A stretch of 64,000 bases of DNA, from positions 16,464-80,463 of IMG/VR virus record IMGVR_UViG_2881966637_000004, one strand, 5' to 3'. Positions 56,252-64,000 of the stretch are shown piece after piece. A program made the translations under genes and the position numbers. The DNA comes from a virus. Its lineage: Duplodnaviria; Caudoviricetes. The notes beneath the pieces are model-generated. The model was not told where the DNA came from and searched no databases. It saw only the letters and a list, made by a program, of their open reading frames with translations. Positions within the stretch are counted from its first letter, which is position 1. The number at the start of each line of letters is the position of its first letter.

Positions 56252-56549
56252 TGGCTTGGTTGGTTAGTAGTTCGATTCGTTTATTGATCGTCTCCAAATT
56301 CTTGATCACCTCATCCCGCACCATCTGCCAGGCTACCACCTCTTCCGTCTGCGCTTCCAGCAGATCAATCAGGTGCAGGTAGTGCGGCTTCTTGGTGATG
56401 GGCTTACCGTCGTCACCGTCGGGGAACAGGACCGTGTAGTAGTCACGGCCCAATACCCGTCGGTCGAGTATCCAGTGCGTTACGTCGGTCGCCCCCGGAA
56501 TGTAGAGGCTGGTGCCTGGGGCGAGTTCGCTGAGTTCATCGGCGGTCAT
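56244..56549 (-). CDS. Hypothetical protein
   Basis: 101 aa, coupled. Confidence 0.55.
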   Translation of the reverse strand: MTADELSELAPGTSLYIPGATDVTHWILDRRVLGRDYYTVLFPDGDDGKPITKKPHYLHLIDLLEAQTEEVVAWQMVRDEVIKNLETINKRIELLTNQANE

Positions 56550-56567
56550 GGGTGTGCTGGTTTAAAC

Positions 56568-56900
56568 TTATCCTCTGTCTACTGGATACATCTCATGCTC
56601 TTTGGCAATTCTGTCTACATCCGGATGGACACAGATGGTAAAGAGTTCGCCGTCCACCGAATGAGTTTGCCGCTGGTACATATCCCCTGGCAGTATCCTG
56701 CCCTTATTATGGCGCAGAAACTTTACCAGTAGTCGCCGGTCGGCGAACGAAACAAACTCAAACGCCTCTGGTGGGCATAAAGAAACCCACTCGCAGGCGT
56801 TGCAAGGGTATTCCTTACGCGCCTTCTGGGTGCTGGTGTACGCTAATCGTGCTGTCGTCATGGCTATGTCTGGATTATGTTGGCTTTGATACCCACCCAC
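56568..56900 (-). CDS. Hypothetical Cys-containing protein
   Basis: ARKEYPCNAC...C.HP.C-like pattern; start may be the internal MTTARL. Confidence 0.55.
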   Translation of the reverse strand: MGGYQSQHNPDIAMTTARLAYTSTQKARKEYPCNACEWVSLCPPEAFEFVSFADRRLLVKFLRHNKGRILPGDMYQRQTHSVDGELFTICVHPDVDRIAKEHEMYPVDRG

Positions 56901-57247
56901 TCCCAGCCGAATCGGGCCAGCACGTAGATGGTAGATACCCCCGACTGACGGGTGGGGCGTATGAATACGCGGTGGTCTTTTGGATTATGCTGCGCGAACA
57001 GGTTGTTGACTCGGAAGAACTGACGGCTTCTCCATTTGTCGTTGTTGGAGTTCCATAGCATTTGCATCAGCAGCTCCTGCCCTGCCGTAATCAGGCTACC
57101 ATCATCATCGCGCTCGGCTTTCCAAAGGGCGGTGTGCAGTATGTTGGTGCGAACCAGACTCACCGGCTCGTCACCCTCGCTAGACCAAGTCAACACTGGA
57201 CCCAGCAGGATCACCCGAAGTTGGGATTCAAATAGATTCGCGTTCAT
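56864..57247 (-). CDS. Hypothetical protein
   Basis: 127 aa, overlapping neighbours. Confidence 0.5.
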   Translation of the reverse strand: MNANLFESQLRVILLGPVLTWSSEGDEPVSLVRTNILHTALWKAERDDDGSLITAGQELLMQMLWNSNNDKWRSRQFFRVNNLFAQHNPKDHRVFIRPTRQSGVSTIYVLARFGWEWVGIKANIIQT

Positions 57248-58142
57248 AGATAGTTTGACAGGTGCTTATTGTTCTGTCCCGGACGAAGCTGTCGCGCAGG
57301 TAGCTGGGCAGGTCGCTGACGATACGCTCGTAGTTCTCATGCCCTACAGCGGCCAGCACGTAGGCTTCGTGAACCCGGTTGATCTTCTCCACGATGGAAA
57401 CCAGGTCGGCATGAAAGGCTTTGATGTCCAGCCCCTCGTTATGGACCCATTCTTCCAGGCTGCGCTCCGTCGATGAGATGCGCAGGCGGGCCAGCACGTC
57501 GAAGAAGGTGGTGTGGTTCAGCCCCTTGCTCACCTGCTTCTTCTCTGCATCGGGCATGGTGTTGAGATTGAACAATGTACCTGACAGCTGGTTGCGCAGC
57601 GCAATCTTTGGGTTACTCTGGATGTCGCTGACCCGCCGTTTAAACTGCACCCCTCTGCACTGGCGGTAGAGTTCGACCACTTCGTCCTGCTTTTCGGCCC
57701 GCTGCAGCCGGCTGGTCCGGAAGCTGTGGGCCGGGTAGTTGGATGGAAAGCCACCCACATACACACCCAGCGAGACGGGGTAGTAGCTGCGCTGAACGAA
57801 CGAGGCTATACGTTTTGCGATCAACCCCTCACTGCTGACGTAGTAGCCCCGCACCATCAAGAGGGCTCGGGACGTAAACAGCACAGCGTAGTAGGCCTGG
57901 GGGAACGTCCAGTGCAGGGACGATTTCAGGTACTGATCGTCGTTGACAACGGGCGTGATGCGCAGGGCGTACTCGGCTGACCAGCCATTGAGCAGCAGCT
58001 TACCCAAGTCTCTGAGTTGCTGGGGTCCGAAGGGGTCGGGATACGAAAAGGTGCGGGGTTCCCACGGGTGGGCCTGCCGGTTGTCTACCTGATTCAGATA
58101 GTGCGCCCAGTCGGCGAAGAGATTCAATTTGACGGTGCTCAT
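57228..58142 (-). CDS. Hypothetical protein with a HEPN-like segment
   Basis: QAYYAVLFTSRALLMVRG resembles the HEPN helix motif AYYAxFxAxRALL; LARLR later in the sequence. Confidence 0.5.
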   Translation of the reverse strand: MSTVKLNLFADWAHYLNQVDNRQAHPWEPRTFSYPDPFGPQQLRDLGKLLLNGWSAEYALRITPVVNDDQYLKSSLHWTFPQAYYAVLFTSRALLMVRGYYVSSEGLIAKRIASFVQRSYYPVSLGVYVGGFPSNYPAHSFRTSRLQRAEKQDEVVELYRQCRGVQFKRRVSDIQSNPKIALRNQLSGTLFNLNTMPDAEKKQVSKGLNHTTFFDVLARLRISSTERSLEEWVHNEGLDIKAFHADLVSIVEKINRVHEAYVLAAVGHENYERIVSDLPSYLRDSFVRDRTISTCQTIYERESI

Positions 58143-58465
58143 GGGGTGACGCTGTCTAAGATGCTGTTGATGGTACGCAGGGATTCTAATGGCAACTGAT
58201 TGGTCCGGCCCCGTTGAGTGGCTTTGTTTGCAATGGCCGAGGTCAATGTGTTTCTCTCTGCCTCATCGTAGTAGGCCTGCTCCGTGGTGTAGATGCGGTA
58301 CGTGGCCGAGTACTTGGTGACCTGATACAGTGTGTCGATGTAAAACTTGACCAGCCGACTGCCGATGGTCAGCGTGATATACTTGGGGCCGACGTTGTCA
58401 ATGGGGATGGCCTTGAGTCCGTCCTTGACAATGCCCGATACAAATACGATGTCTCCCTTTTTCAT
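58139..58465 (-). CDS. Hypothetical protein
   Basis: 108 aa, ATGA-coupled. Confidence 0.55.
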   Translation of the reverse strand: MKKGDIVFVSGIVKDGLKAIPIDNVGPKYITLTIGSRLVKFYIDTLYQVTKYSATYRIYTTEQAYYDEAERNTLTSAIANKATQRGRTNQLPLESLRTINSILDSVTP

Positions 58466-58962
58466 TTTGGTTGTTGTTTGGCGTGTTCTTCTTTGAGTAC
58501 GACTACTTCGCGCACGGTGCCGCCGGCATTGATCTTATCAACCATCTTGTCCAGCAGCGGCATGGCCCAGTTTGGAATGTATTTGTCTTTGGTTTCTATG
58601 AATACTTTCGGAAAGTCATAGAGGCCACGACCCAGCCCGAACTGCACGGCGCATCGCTTCATGGCATCGCTGATACCACCCTTGATGGGCTCGATCCCGG
58701 TGCGGCTGGCACCATCCGTCTTGCGGACGATCTCGCCACCATCCAGCACGACGCTGATGGTACACAGGAAGCCCCCGTCTACCTCTTTGATTTCATTGTG
58801 CCAGCGTTCCCATCCGAACTGATCATCGAAGCGTTGCATCACACATCGGTTCGTGATGTAAGGGACGACGATAATCTTCTGGGCATCTTTGGTCTGGCTC
58901 TGCACCCGCCATTCAATTTCTGTTGACGTGATCGGTGCTGACAATACATTTAGTTCTTTCAT
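58462..58962 (-). CDS. Rad52/Rad22-family single-strand annealing protein
   Basis: IEWRVQ...VPYITNRCVMQRFDDQFG...KGGISDAMKRCAVQFGLGRGLY. Confidence 0.88.
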   Translation of the reverse strand: MKELNVLSAPITSTEIEWRVQSQTKDAQKIIVVPYITNRCVMQRFDDQFGWERWHNEIKEVDGGFLCTISVVLDGGEIVRKTDGASRTGIEPIKGGISDAMKRCAVQFGLGRGLYDFPKVFIETKDKYIPNWAMPLLDKMVDKINAGGTVREVVVLKEEHAKQQPK

Positions 58963-59606
58963 TACTGGATTGGCTTTCGGTTTAACGTTAGGGTTGTTGA
59001 TACGAACTCTTTCATCTGGCAGATCGCGTAGTCTGTGTTGACAGAACCTTTCTTCTCTATCCAGGATACAGCCTTGTCGTACTCCCGGAACACCTGATTG
59101 ATAACCCGGTTGACGGGCAGCACCATGACGAAGTAGGCTTCCAGCGCAGGCTTTTCGGCTGGCTCCTCTATAGGCGTATCCGGCTGGGCTTGTGGCGACT
59201 CAGCAACGGGCTCGACAGGCGGTGTCTCGGCAGCATCTGCCGGCAGGGTCAGATTCTTTTTAATTACATGACGCTCATTAATAGCCAGCAGGTGATTGTT
59301 GACTACCAACCGGAGAACCTGCGGGGTCAGCCGGTCAAGCTCTCTGGTTCGCATGTACAGGAATGTGCCGCCCTTTATCTTTCGCCGGATGATCCACTTG
59401 CGTTCGGCCATCACCCGAAGGGTTGACTTCGAGACGCCATAGATTTCGTGAACCACATCTATCGGCAGGGATACCCACTCACCTTTGGCGAGCTGTGATT
59501 TAATGTCGGCCAGGAAACTCGAATAGTTTGCCAGCGACCGTTCGTTTCTGTGCTGTCTATCTTGGGTATGCAGGGTTTCGGTCGGGGCTATGGTTTGTGC
59601 TTCCAT
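58962..59606 (-). CDS. Hypothetical protein
   Basis: 214 aa, coupled. Confidence 0.55.
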   Translation of the reverse strand: MEAQTIAPTETLHTQDRQHRNERSLANYSSFLADIKSQLAKGEWVSLPIDVVHEIYGVSKSTLRVMAERKWIIRRKIKGGTFLYMRTRELDRLTPQVLRLVVNNHLLAINERHVIKKNLTLPADAAETPPVEPVAESPQAQPDTPIEEPAEKPALEAYFVMVLPVNRVINQVFREYDKAVSWIEKKGSVNTDYAICQMKEFVSTTLTLNRKPIQ

Positions 59607-59608
59607 GA

Positions 59609-60145
59609 TCAGGGGGTTTGTGGTTGAGAAACTTGCTCGTTGATAGCGGCCAGCAACGCGAAGACGGCGGCCATCTCTGGGTTGCGGAAGGCGTGGTTGA
59701 GGTAATCGCGGGGGTTGTCGTAGTGGTAGTGGTTGGCTTTGATGTGGGCTTTACACCCAGCCTCAGTGAAGAAGGCGTTCTGATACTTGTGCTTGATTGA
59801 ATACGAATCCCGCAGACAACCCACCTTTTCCAGCCACTCTTCACTGTCGGATTCGTACACCGACCATCCAGTTCTCAAGTCTTTATACCAGTCGGGCCGC
59901 TTGACGCCATTCTCTTTGGCCAGCTTAGCCACTGTCTTATGGTCGAAAGGGCCAACTTCCGTATGATCATCAAGGCTTACGATCACCTGATGGTCGCCGT
60001 TCAGGTTGGGCACCCAAACCTTTTCGTCGGTCTGTATCTGGAACAGATAGGGCGTGGCTGTGCCCCTGTTGCTCTGCGTGGCGACCGCCTGGGCGATCTC
60101 TTTGAGCGTGTCGAACAACTCATCACTTACCTGTATCGTTTTCAT
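59609..60145 (-). CDS. Conserved-looking phage protein
   Basis: TQSNRGTATPYLF...AFFTEAGCKAHIKANHYHY...DYLNHAFRNPEM. Confidence 0.65.
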   Translation of the reverse strand: MKTIQVSDELFDTLKEIAQAVATQSNRGTATPYLFQIQTDEKVWVPNLNGDHQVIVSLDDHTEVGPFDHKTVAKLAKENGVKRPDWYKDLRTGWSVYESDSEEWLEKVGCLRDSYSIKHKYQNAFFTEAGCKAHIKANHYHYDNPRDYLNHAFRNPEMAAVFALLAAINEQVSQPQTP

Positions 60146-60149
60146 AGTA

Positions 60150-60165
60150 GTTGATATAGGTTGAC
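60150..60165 (-). promoter_or_regulatory. Box GTCAAC CTAT ATCAAC
   Basis: Fills the gap between the stop at 60165 and the ATG at 60145. Confidence 0.65.
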
Positions 60166-60779
60166 TACATCTCAATAAGATCGCCGATACTTCTGGGCTC
60201 CCCGTACTGCTGGGTCAGCCGCTGCAGGTACGCCACGTAGTAGTCGGCGTCGATCTGCTCGTCGTCCAGCCACCGGCTACCCAGACTAAGCAGCCGCTGC
60301 ATCTGCAGACTACAGCGCAGCAGGTCACCGTGCAGGGGCGCATCATCCTGATCCAGCCAGTTGGATACCGCTGCCGTGTAGTTATGTTGGGCCACCTGAA
60401 TCATGGCGCACAGCCGGCGGGTGCGCTCCATCCAGACTCGGTACGCTTTCTGCTGACAATCAATGAAGTGGATCGTGAAGCCCAACTGATCGCAGGTGTT
60501 GACCTTGCCGGCGTCACCCATCAGCAGCAGACAGCAGATGCCATCGGGATGGGTCAGGTGGATCAGGGCGTTCATGCAGTCGATAGCCGTCATGGACGCA
60601 TCCATGTAGCGGGGCGTGTCGGCGAAGTCTACGATAGCCGTCAGGAGTGGGTCGTCGGCCATATGCAGATCACCGTAGAGGGTTTCGGTCTGCTGCCACA
60701 GGGCTGTGGCCAGGGCGTAGGCAGGGGCAGGCCAGGCAGACGGGCTTCCGTAAGAGAGGGTTGCCAAAAGTTGACGCAT
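60165..60779 (-). CDS. Hypothetical protein
   Basis: 204 aa, in operon. Confidence 0.55.
   Translation of the reverse strand: MRQLLATLSYGSPSAWPAPAYALATALWQQTETLYGDLHMADDPLLTAIVDFADTPRYMDASMTAIDCMNALIHLTHPDGICCLLLMGDAGKVNTCDQLGFTIHFIDCQQKAYRVWMERTRRLCAMIQVAQHNYTAAVSNWLDQDDAPLHGDLLRCSLQMQRLLSLGSRWLDDEQIDADYYVAYLQRLTQQYGEPRSIGDLIEM
60760..60775 (-). promoter_or_regulatory. Degenerate box GTCAAC TTTT GGCAAC
   Basis: In the first codons of 60165-60779. Confidence 0.5.
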
Positions 60780-60791
60780 GGAAAGGAATGT

Positions 60792-61847
60792 TTAAAGGGT
60801 TAATACTCTAGGTTTAATTGCGTGATCAATCGGGCCCAGGGTTTTCAGTATCCGGGCGTCGGCCATGTCTACATAGGCCTGCTTGAGATCGAAGCCAATG
60901 TAATTTCGCTTGGTCAGCCGGGCGGCAATCGCCGTGCTGCCGCTTCCCATAAAGGGGTCTACCACTACACCGCCCGCAGGACATCCCGCCATAATACAGG
61001 GCTTGATCAATTCTACCGGGAAGACAGCGAAGTGAGCATCAGCAAATCCTTTCGTGGATACAGACCACACCGAACGCCTGTTGCGTTTTTCATAGGCAAC
61101 ATCAGATATTTTAAGCAGACCCGATTTTGTTCTGTGTTCTTCCGTATCTAATTGCTCATGGACAGAGACATACTTGTGACTCTTATTGCCAGAGGCTCGG
61201 GGCTTGACACTGGCCCGGCCCAGTTGATGGATGCCTGTTTTACCCGTGTGAAACACAGAGCCGTTCGCCCCTACCACCGCCGGCTCTTTGATAGCTTCAT
61301 GGTCGAAGTAATACTTAGCTGACTTTGACAGCAGGAAGATGTACTCATGGGCTTTCGTGCAACGGTCGGTCACCGACTCAGGCATCGGGTTCTTTTTGTG
61401 CCACACAATATCCTGTCTGACCCACCACCCGTCATCCTGCAGGGCTATCGCCAGCCGGTGTGGAATCATCATCAGGTCTTTTGGTTTGAGTCCGGTGTAT
61501 CGTTTATTGCGTCCGATGGGAGAGTCATGTAGAGCTTTGGCATGTTTCCCTCCTGTGTGTCCACCCCACTTGCCATCGTTGGCATAGGAGTCGCCGATGT
61601 TTATCCAGCACGTCCCTGTCTTCTTGAGTACGCGCCGGGCTTCCCGGAATACATCAACCATCCGGGCGATATACTGGGCCGGCGACTCTTCAAGGCCGAT
61701 CTCCATGTGCTTATCGGGGTCGTCATCATCCAAGTACGAGCGCAGTCCGAAGTAGGGTGGCGAGGTGACGATGCAGTCAACGCTATTGTCTGGCAGCATA
61801 GCGAACCCAGCCTTTGCATCTACTTTATGAATAATATTTATCTGCAT
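60792..61847 (-). CDS. N4-cytosine/N6-adenine DNA methyltransferase (beta class)
   Basis: CIVTSPPY (motif IV) near the N-terminus and VVDPFMGSGSTA (motif I) near the C-terminus. Confidence 0.93.
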   Translation of the reverse strand: MQINIIHKVDAKAGFAMLPDNSVDCIVTSPPYFGLRSYLDDDDPDKHMEIGLEESPAQYIARMVDVFREARRVLKKTGTCWINIGDSYANDGKWGGHTGGKHAKALHDSPIGRNKRYTGLKPKDLMMIPHRLAIALQDDGWWVRQDIVWHKKNPMPESVTDRCTKAHEYIFLLSKSAKYYFDHEAIKEPAVVGANGSVFHTGKTGIHQLGRASVKPRASGNKSHKYVSVHEQLDTEEHRTKSGLLKISDVAYEKRNRRSVWSVSTKGFADAHFAVFPVELIKPCIMAGCPAGGVVVDPFMGSGSTAIAARLTKRNYIGFDLKQAYVDMADARILKTLGPIDHAIKPRVLTL

Positions 61848-62245
61848 TACTGAAAGTGCATGAGATAGCGTTCGGTGTCCAGGATGTCGCGGTCGTTGGT
61901 GTCCTTCTCCTCGGCCCCTATGTGGGCGTGGATGATCAGGTGAGCAACCCGCCGGGCGGCTTCGTCAACGGTCAGGTTAGTGGGCAGGCAGATGGGGGCT
62001 TCCTGGTCTACCTCAATCTCGCCGTACTCAATATCCCCGTCGTCGTCTACGCCGGTCGGGTAGCCATACGTGGTGCCGTGGATACGGTAGCGGACAAACA
62101 ACCCGAAGGGTGATCGGGTGAAGTCAAGGCGAGTCACCTGCAGGTTAGTGAGGTTAACTTGTCTGGCCTTTGCTTCGATCTGATCCAGCAGACCAGCATC
62201 GAAGAGGGCGGTATCAACCGCATCCTCAAAAAAAGTAGATACCAT
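61847..62245 (-). CDS. Hypothetical protein
   Basis: 132 aa, acidic, coupled. Confidence 0.55.
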   Translation of the reverse strand: MVSTFFEDAVDTALFDAGLLDQIEAKARQVNLTNLQVTRLDFTRSPFGLFVRYRIHGTTYGYPTGVDDDGDIEYGEIEVDQEAPICLPTNLTVDEAARRVAHLIIHAHIGAEEKDTNDRDILDTERYLMHFQ

Positions 62246-62458
62246 TTAATTAATTTTTTGATTGAGAGAATCTATAAGTTTATCGGCCAGTCTCACGGCG
62301 TCCGCAGTAAATGCCTCGAACTCTATGTGTGCGTGTTCCGGGTTGGCTAGTAGCCCCTGCAGGGCTGCGGCTGCGAAGTACTCTCGCTTGGTCAGGCCGC
62401 CATAGGTTTGTGTGTTGACACGGACAGGTGTAACGAGATCGTTTCTTGTAGTCTTCAT
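62246..62458 (-). CDS. Small conserved phage protein
   Basis: GLTKREYFAAAALQGLLAN motif, widespread in phage early regions. Confidence 0.7.
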   Translation of the reverse strand: MKTTRNDLVTPVRVNTQTYGGLTKREYFAAAALQGLLANPEHAHIEFEAFTADAVRLADKLIDSLNQKIN

Positions 62459-62465
62459 TGTGCGG

Positions 62466-62481
62466 GTTGATTTAAGTTGAC
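62466..62481 (-). promoter_or_regulatory. Box GTCAAC TTAA ATCAAC
   Basis: Intergenic; identical to 47570-47585. Confidence 0.65.
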
Positions 62482-62483
62482 GA

Positions 62484-62768
62484 TTACTTTTTATTGATGC
62501 GGGATTTGCTGGCGACATAATCCAGGGCGTCGCCCCATTTGATACGCACGATCTTGGCCCCCTCTTCGTAGCGGGGCAGGGGCCACCGCCGGACCACCGG
62601 CTCGGACAGACTCATCCGTCTGGCGAGTTCATCCAGGGTGATCCAACGCTCCCGGCTCTGGGCTTCGATCAGCTTCTGGTTGTACTCGGCAATGATGCGG
62701 TCAACCGACGCCCCCAGCATCGCTTCCGCCTGCTGGGGGCTTAATACGATCAGGCTATTGCTGTTCAT
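62484..62768 (-). CDS. Excisionase-like HTH protein
   Basis: WITLDELARRMSLSEPVVRRW...VRIKWGDALDYV. Confidence 0.7.
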   Translation of the reverse strand: MNSNSLIVLSPQQAEAMLGASVDRIIAEYNQKLIEAQSRERWITLDELARRMSLSEPVVRRWPLPRYEEGAKIVRIKWGDALDYVASKSRINKK

Positions 62769-63045
62769 GGCACACGGGTAGGATGCCCTGGCTGGCAGCC
62801 AGCTGACCAATGACAGCGAATATCTCAATGTGGACCTGGCTGATGAGGTCAGCGACGTGGTCCATCTCCCGCAGCAGCTCGGCGTGGTAGGCGGGATCGT
62901 GAAGGTTCTTCTCGGCGGTGCATAGCAGCTCCCGCTGGTAGGCCTGCAGGGCCAGTAAGACCAGCTCAGTCTGGCTGCTGGTGGCCGGGCCACGGACAAT
63001 GGAAAGCGATAGGTTGATGGATGGAAACGGGTTTGTGGCGTTCAT
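62755..63045 (-). CDS. Hypothetical protein
   Basis: 96 aa downstream of cro. Confidence 0.5.
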   Translation of the reverse strand: MNATNPFPSINLSLSIVRGPATSSQTELVLLALQAYQRELLCTAEKNLHDPAYHAELLREMDHVADLISQVHIEIFAVIGQLAASQGILPVCHEQQ

Positions 63046-63056
63046 AGAGTACAGGA

Positions 63057-63329
63057 TTATAGGTTGACAGAAGTTGACTGCGGACTTATTTTTTTTAGCC
63101 GTGAGAGTCTAAGCGAAACCTCGTTGGCTTCTACTGTCTCTAATAGGAGAAGACCGTCATATATTTTTTTAACGGTGTCGTCTTTCGCCGGCTCACCATT
63201 TAAGGTGCGATGGATGGTTTTTCTGGTGACTTTTCCCAGCCGGGACACGCCAGTAATACCCCGTCTGGTCTTGCCCAGACGCACCTTGAGCCGGTCAATC
63301 TCCTCGGCGGGTAGGGGGATGCCTTTCAT
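63057..63329 (-). CDS. Cro-like regulator
   Basis: GITGVSRLGKVTRKTIHRTLNG HTH-like; divergent from the repressor. Confidence 0.65.
   Translation of the reverse strand: MKGIPLPAEEIDRLKVRLGKTRRGITGVSRLGKVTRKTIHRTLNGEPAKDDTVKKIYDGLLLLETVEANEVSLRLSRLKKISPQSTSVNL
63063..63078 (-). promoter_or_regulatory. Box GTCAAC TTCT GTCAAC
   Basis: In the last codons of the cro-like gene. Confidence 0.6.
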
Positions 63330-63375
63330 ATATTCTGGATTGGTGTTTACTTTGCCGCTTACTCAAACGGATACT

Positions 63376-63419
63376 CAAATGTAACATTTAATTATTACAT
63401 TGTGTCAACTGCTGTCAAC
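63376..63419. promoter_or_regulatory. Lysis-lysogeny switch region
   Basis: Minus-strand TACATTTG -7 box (63376-83); inverted repeat AATGTAA-N10-TTACATT (63378-63401); box GTCAAC TGCT GTCAAC (63404-63419). Confidence 0.7.
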
Positions 63420-63436
63420 CAGAATAGAAAAAAATA

Positions 63437-64000
63437 ATGAACGAAGACCTCTCTCCTCCTCACGACAAGACCACCAGCGAACCGGCTGATAATACAAGTC
63501 AAGCCACTGGCTCGGAAACGGTCAGGCGATACCGTAAACCAGCCTCGCCCGACGACCGGCTGCGGGGCACCCTGCTGCAGAACCTGCGGCTCAAGCGCAA
63601 GCTGGACTTCGCCGGCTTTGCCGACCTGACGGGTCTGTCGGTGGATGTCATTCGTCAGAGTGAGCGGGGGGCGCACAGCCTCACCGCCCAGGAGATACAG
63701 GCCATATGCGTGGCGACCGAAACGCCGGTCGTCTATTTCTTTCCGGCTACCCAGCCCGCGTCCATGCGGGTGCTGCCCTCGGGGGAGCCGGGTATGAGCC
63801 TGGGAGCGTGGCTCAAAGAGAAGCGGCTGCTCAAGGGTTACAGCCAGACCGACGCGGCTAACCGGATCGGCATCACCAAGCAGGCGATCTCCAAGATTGA
63901 GCGCGACGACAACCAGATCAGCCCCTCGCACATTGAGAAGTACGCCGAGACAGTTGGCGTCACCGTGCAGGAGATCGTCGAACGGATGAGTCTGGACTAG
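63437..64000 (+). CDS. CI-like repressor with two tandem XRE HTH domains and no peptidase domain
   Basis: LQNLRLKRKLDFAGFADLTGLSVDVIRQSERG and LKEKRLLKGYSQTDAANRIGITKQAISKIERD; stop at 63998-64000. Confidence 0.8.
   Translation: MNEDLSPPHDKTTSEPADNTSQATGSETVRRYRKPASPDDRLRGTLLQNLRLKRKLDFAGFADLTGLSVDVIRQSERGAHSLTAQEIQAICVATETPVVYFFPATQPASMRVLPSGEPGMSLGAWLKEKRLLKGYSQTDAANRIGITKQAISKIERDDNQISPSHIEKYAETVGVTVQEIVERMSLD

Noticed and set aside
1-64000. tRNA, rRNA, CRISPR array, integrase or att site
   Set aside because: None recognisable by eye; an integrase may lie beyond the repressor at the right edge.

Overview
The whole window reads as one temperate bacteriophage or prophage genome segment, probably from a Bacteroidota (Cytophagales-like) host. 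The host call rests on TAnnTTTG-type -7 boxes, A/C-rich leaders without Shine-Dalgarno sites and a Bacteroidota-style lipoprotein signal. 1-44.4 kb is a mostly plus-strand late module of crAss-like/podovirus type: tail fibre, muzzle-like protein, three large ejection/cargo proteins (one of 2545 aa), Gly-Ser-linker fibre proteins, a beta-helix spike, a lysis cassette with a GT9 glycosyltransferase, terminase, scaffold, major capsid, ring protein and portal. 44.4-63.3 kb is a mostly minus-strand lambdoid-type early/replication module: HNH, DUF1064, beta-clamp, MazG-like, DnaB, an initiator with internal iterons, Rha, a HEPN-like protein, Rad52-type SSAP, DNA methyltransferase, a Xis-like HTH and Cro. 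It faces a two-HTH repressor at the right edge. The main unexplained structure is regulatory. (i) About 18 copies of a 10-bp-periodic direct repeat, RTCAAC-N4-RTCAAC, sit at gene junctions and promoters across the window and follow the direction of local transcription. (ii) Two late promoters share an identical 23-bp palindrome-containing element. (iii) A perfect 26-bp stem capped by two hairpins lies in the long leader of the Rha gene. Together with the protease-less double-HTH repressor, these suggest a P1-like immunity circuit (dispersed operators plus a riboregulated antirepressor-like gene) in a crAss-like temperate phage. That interpretation is inference. All product calls come from motif recognition by eye; no database searches were run.
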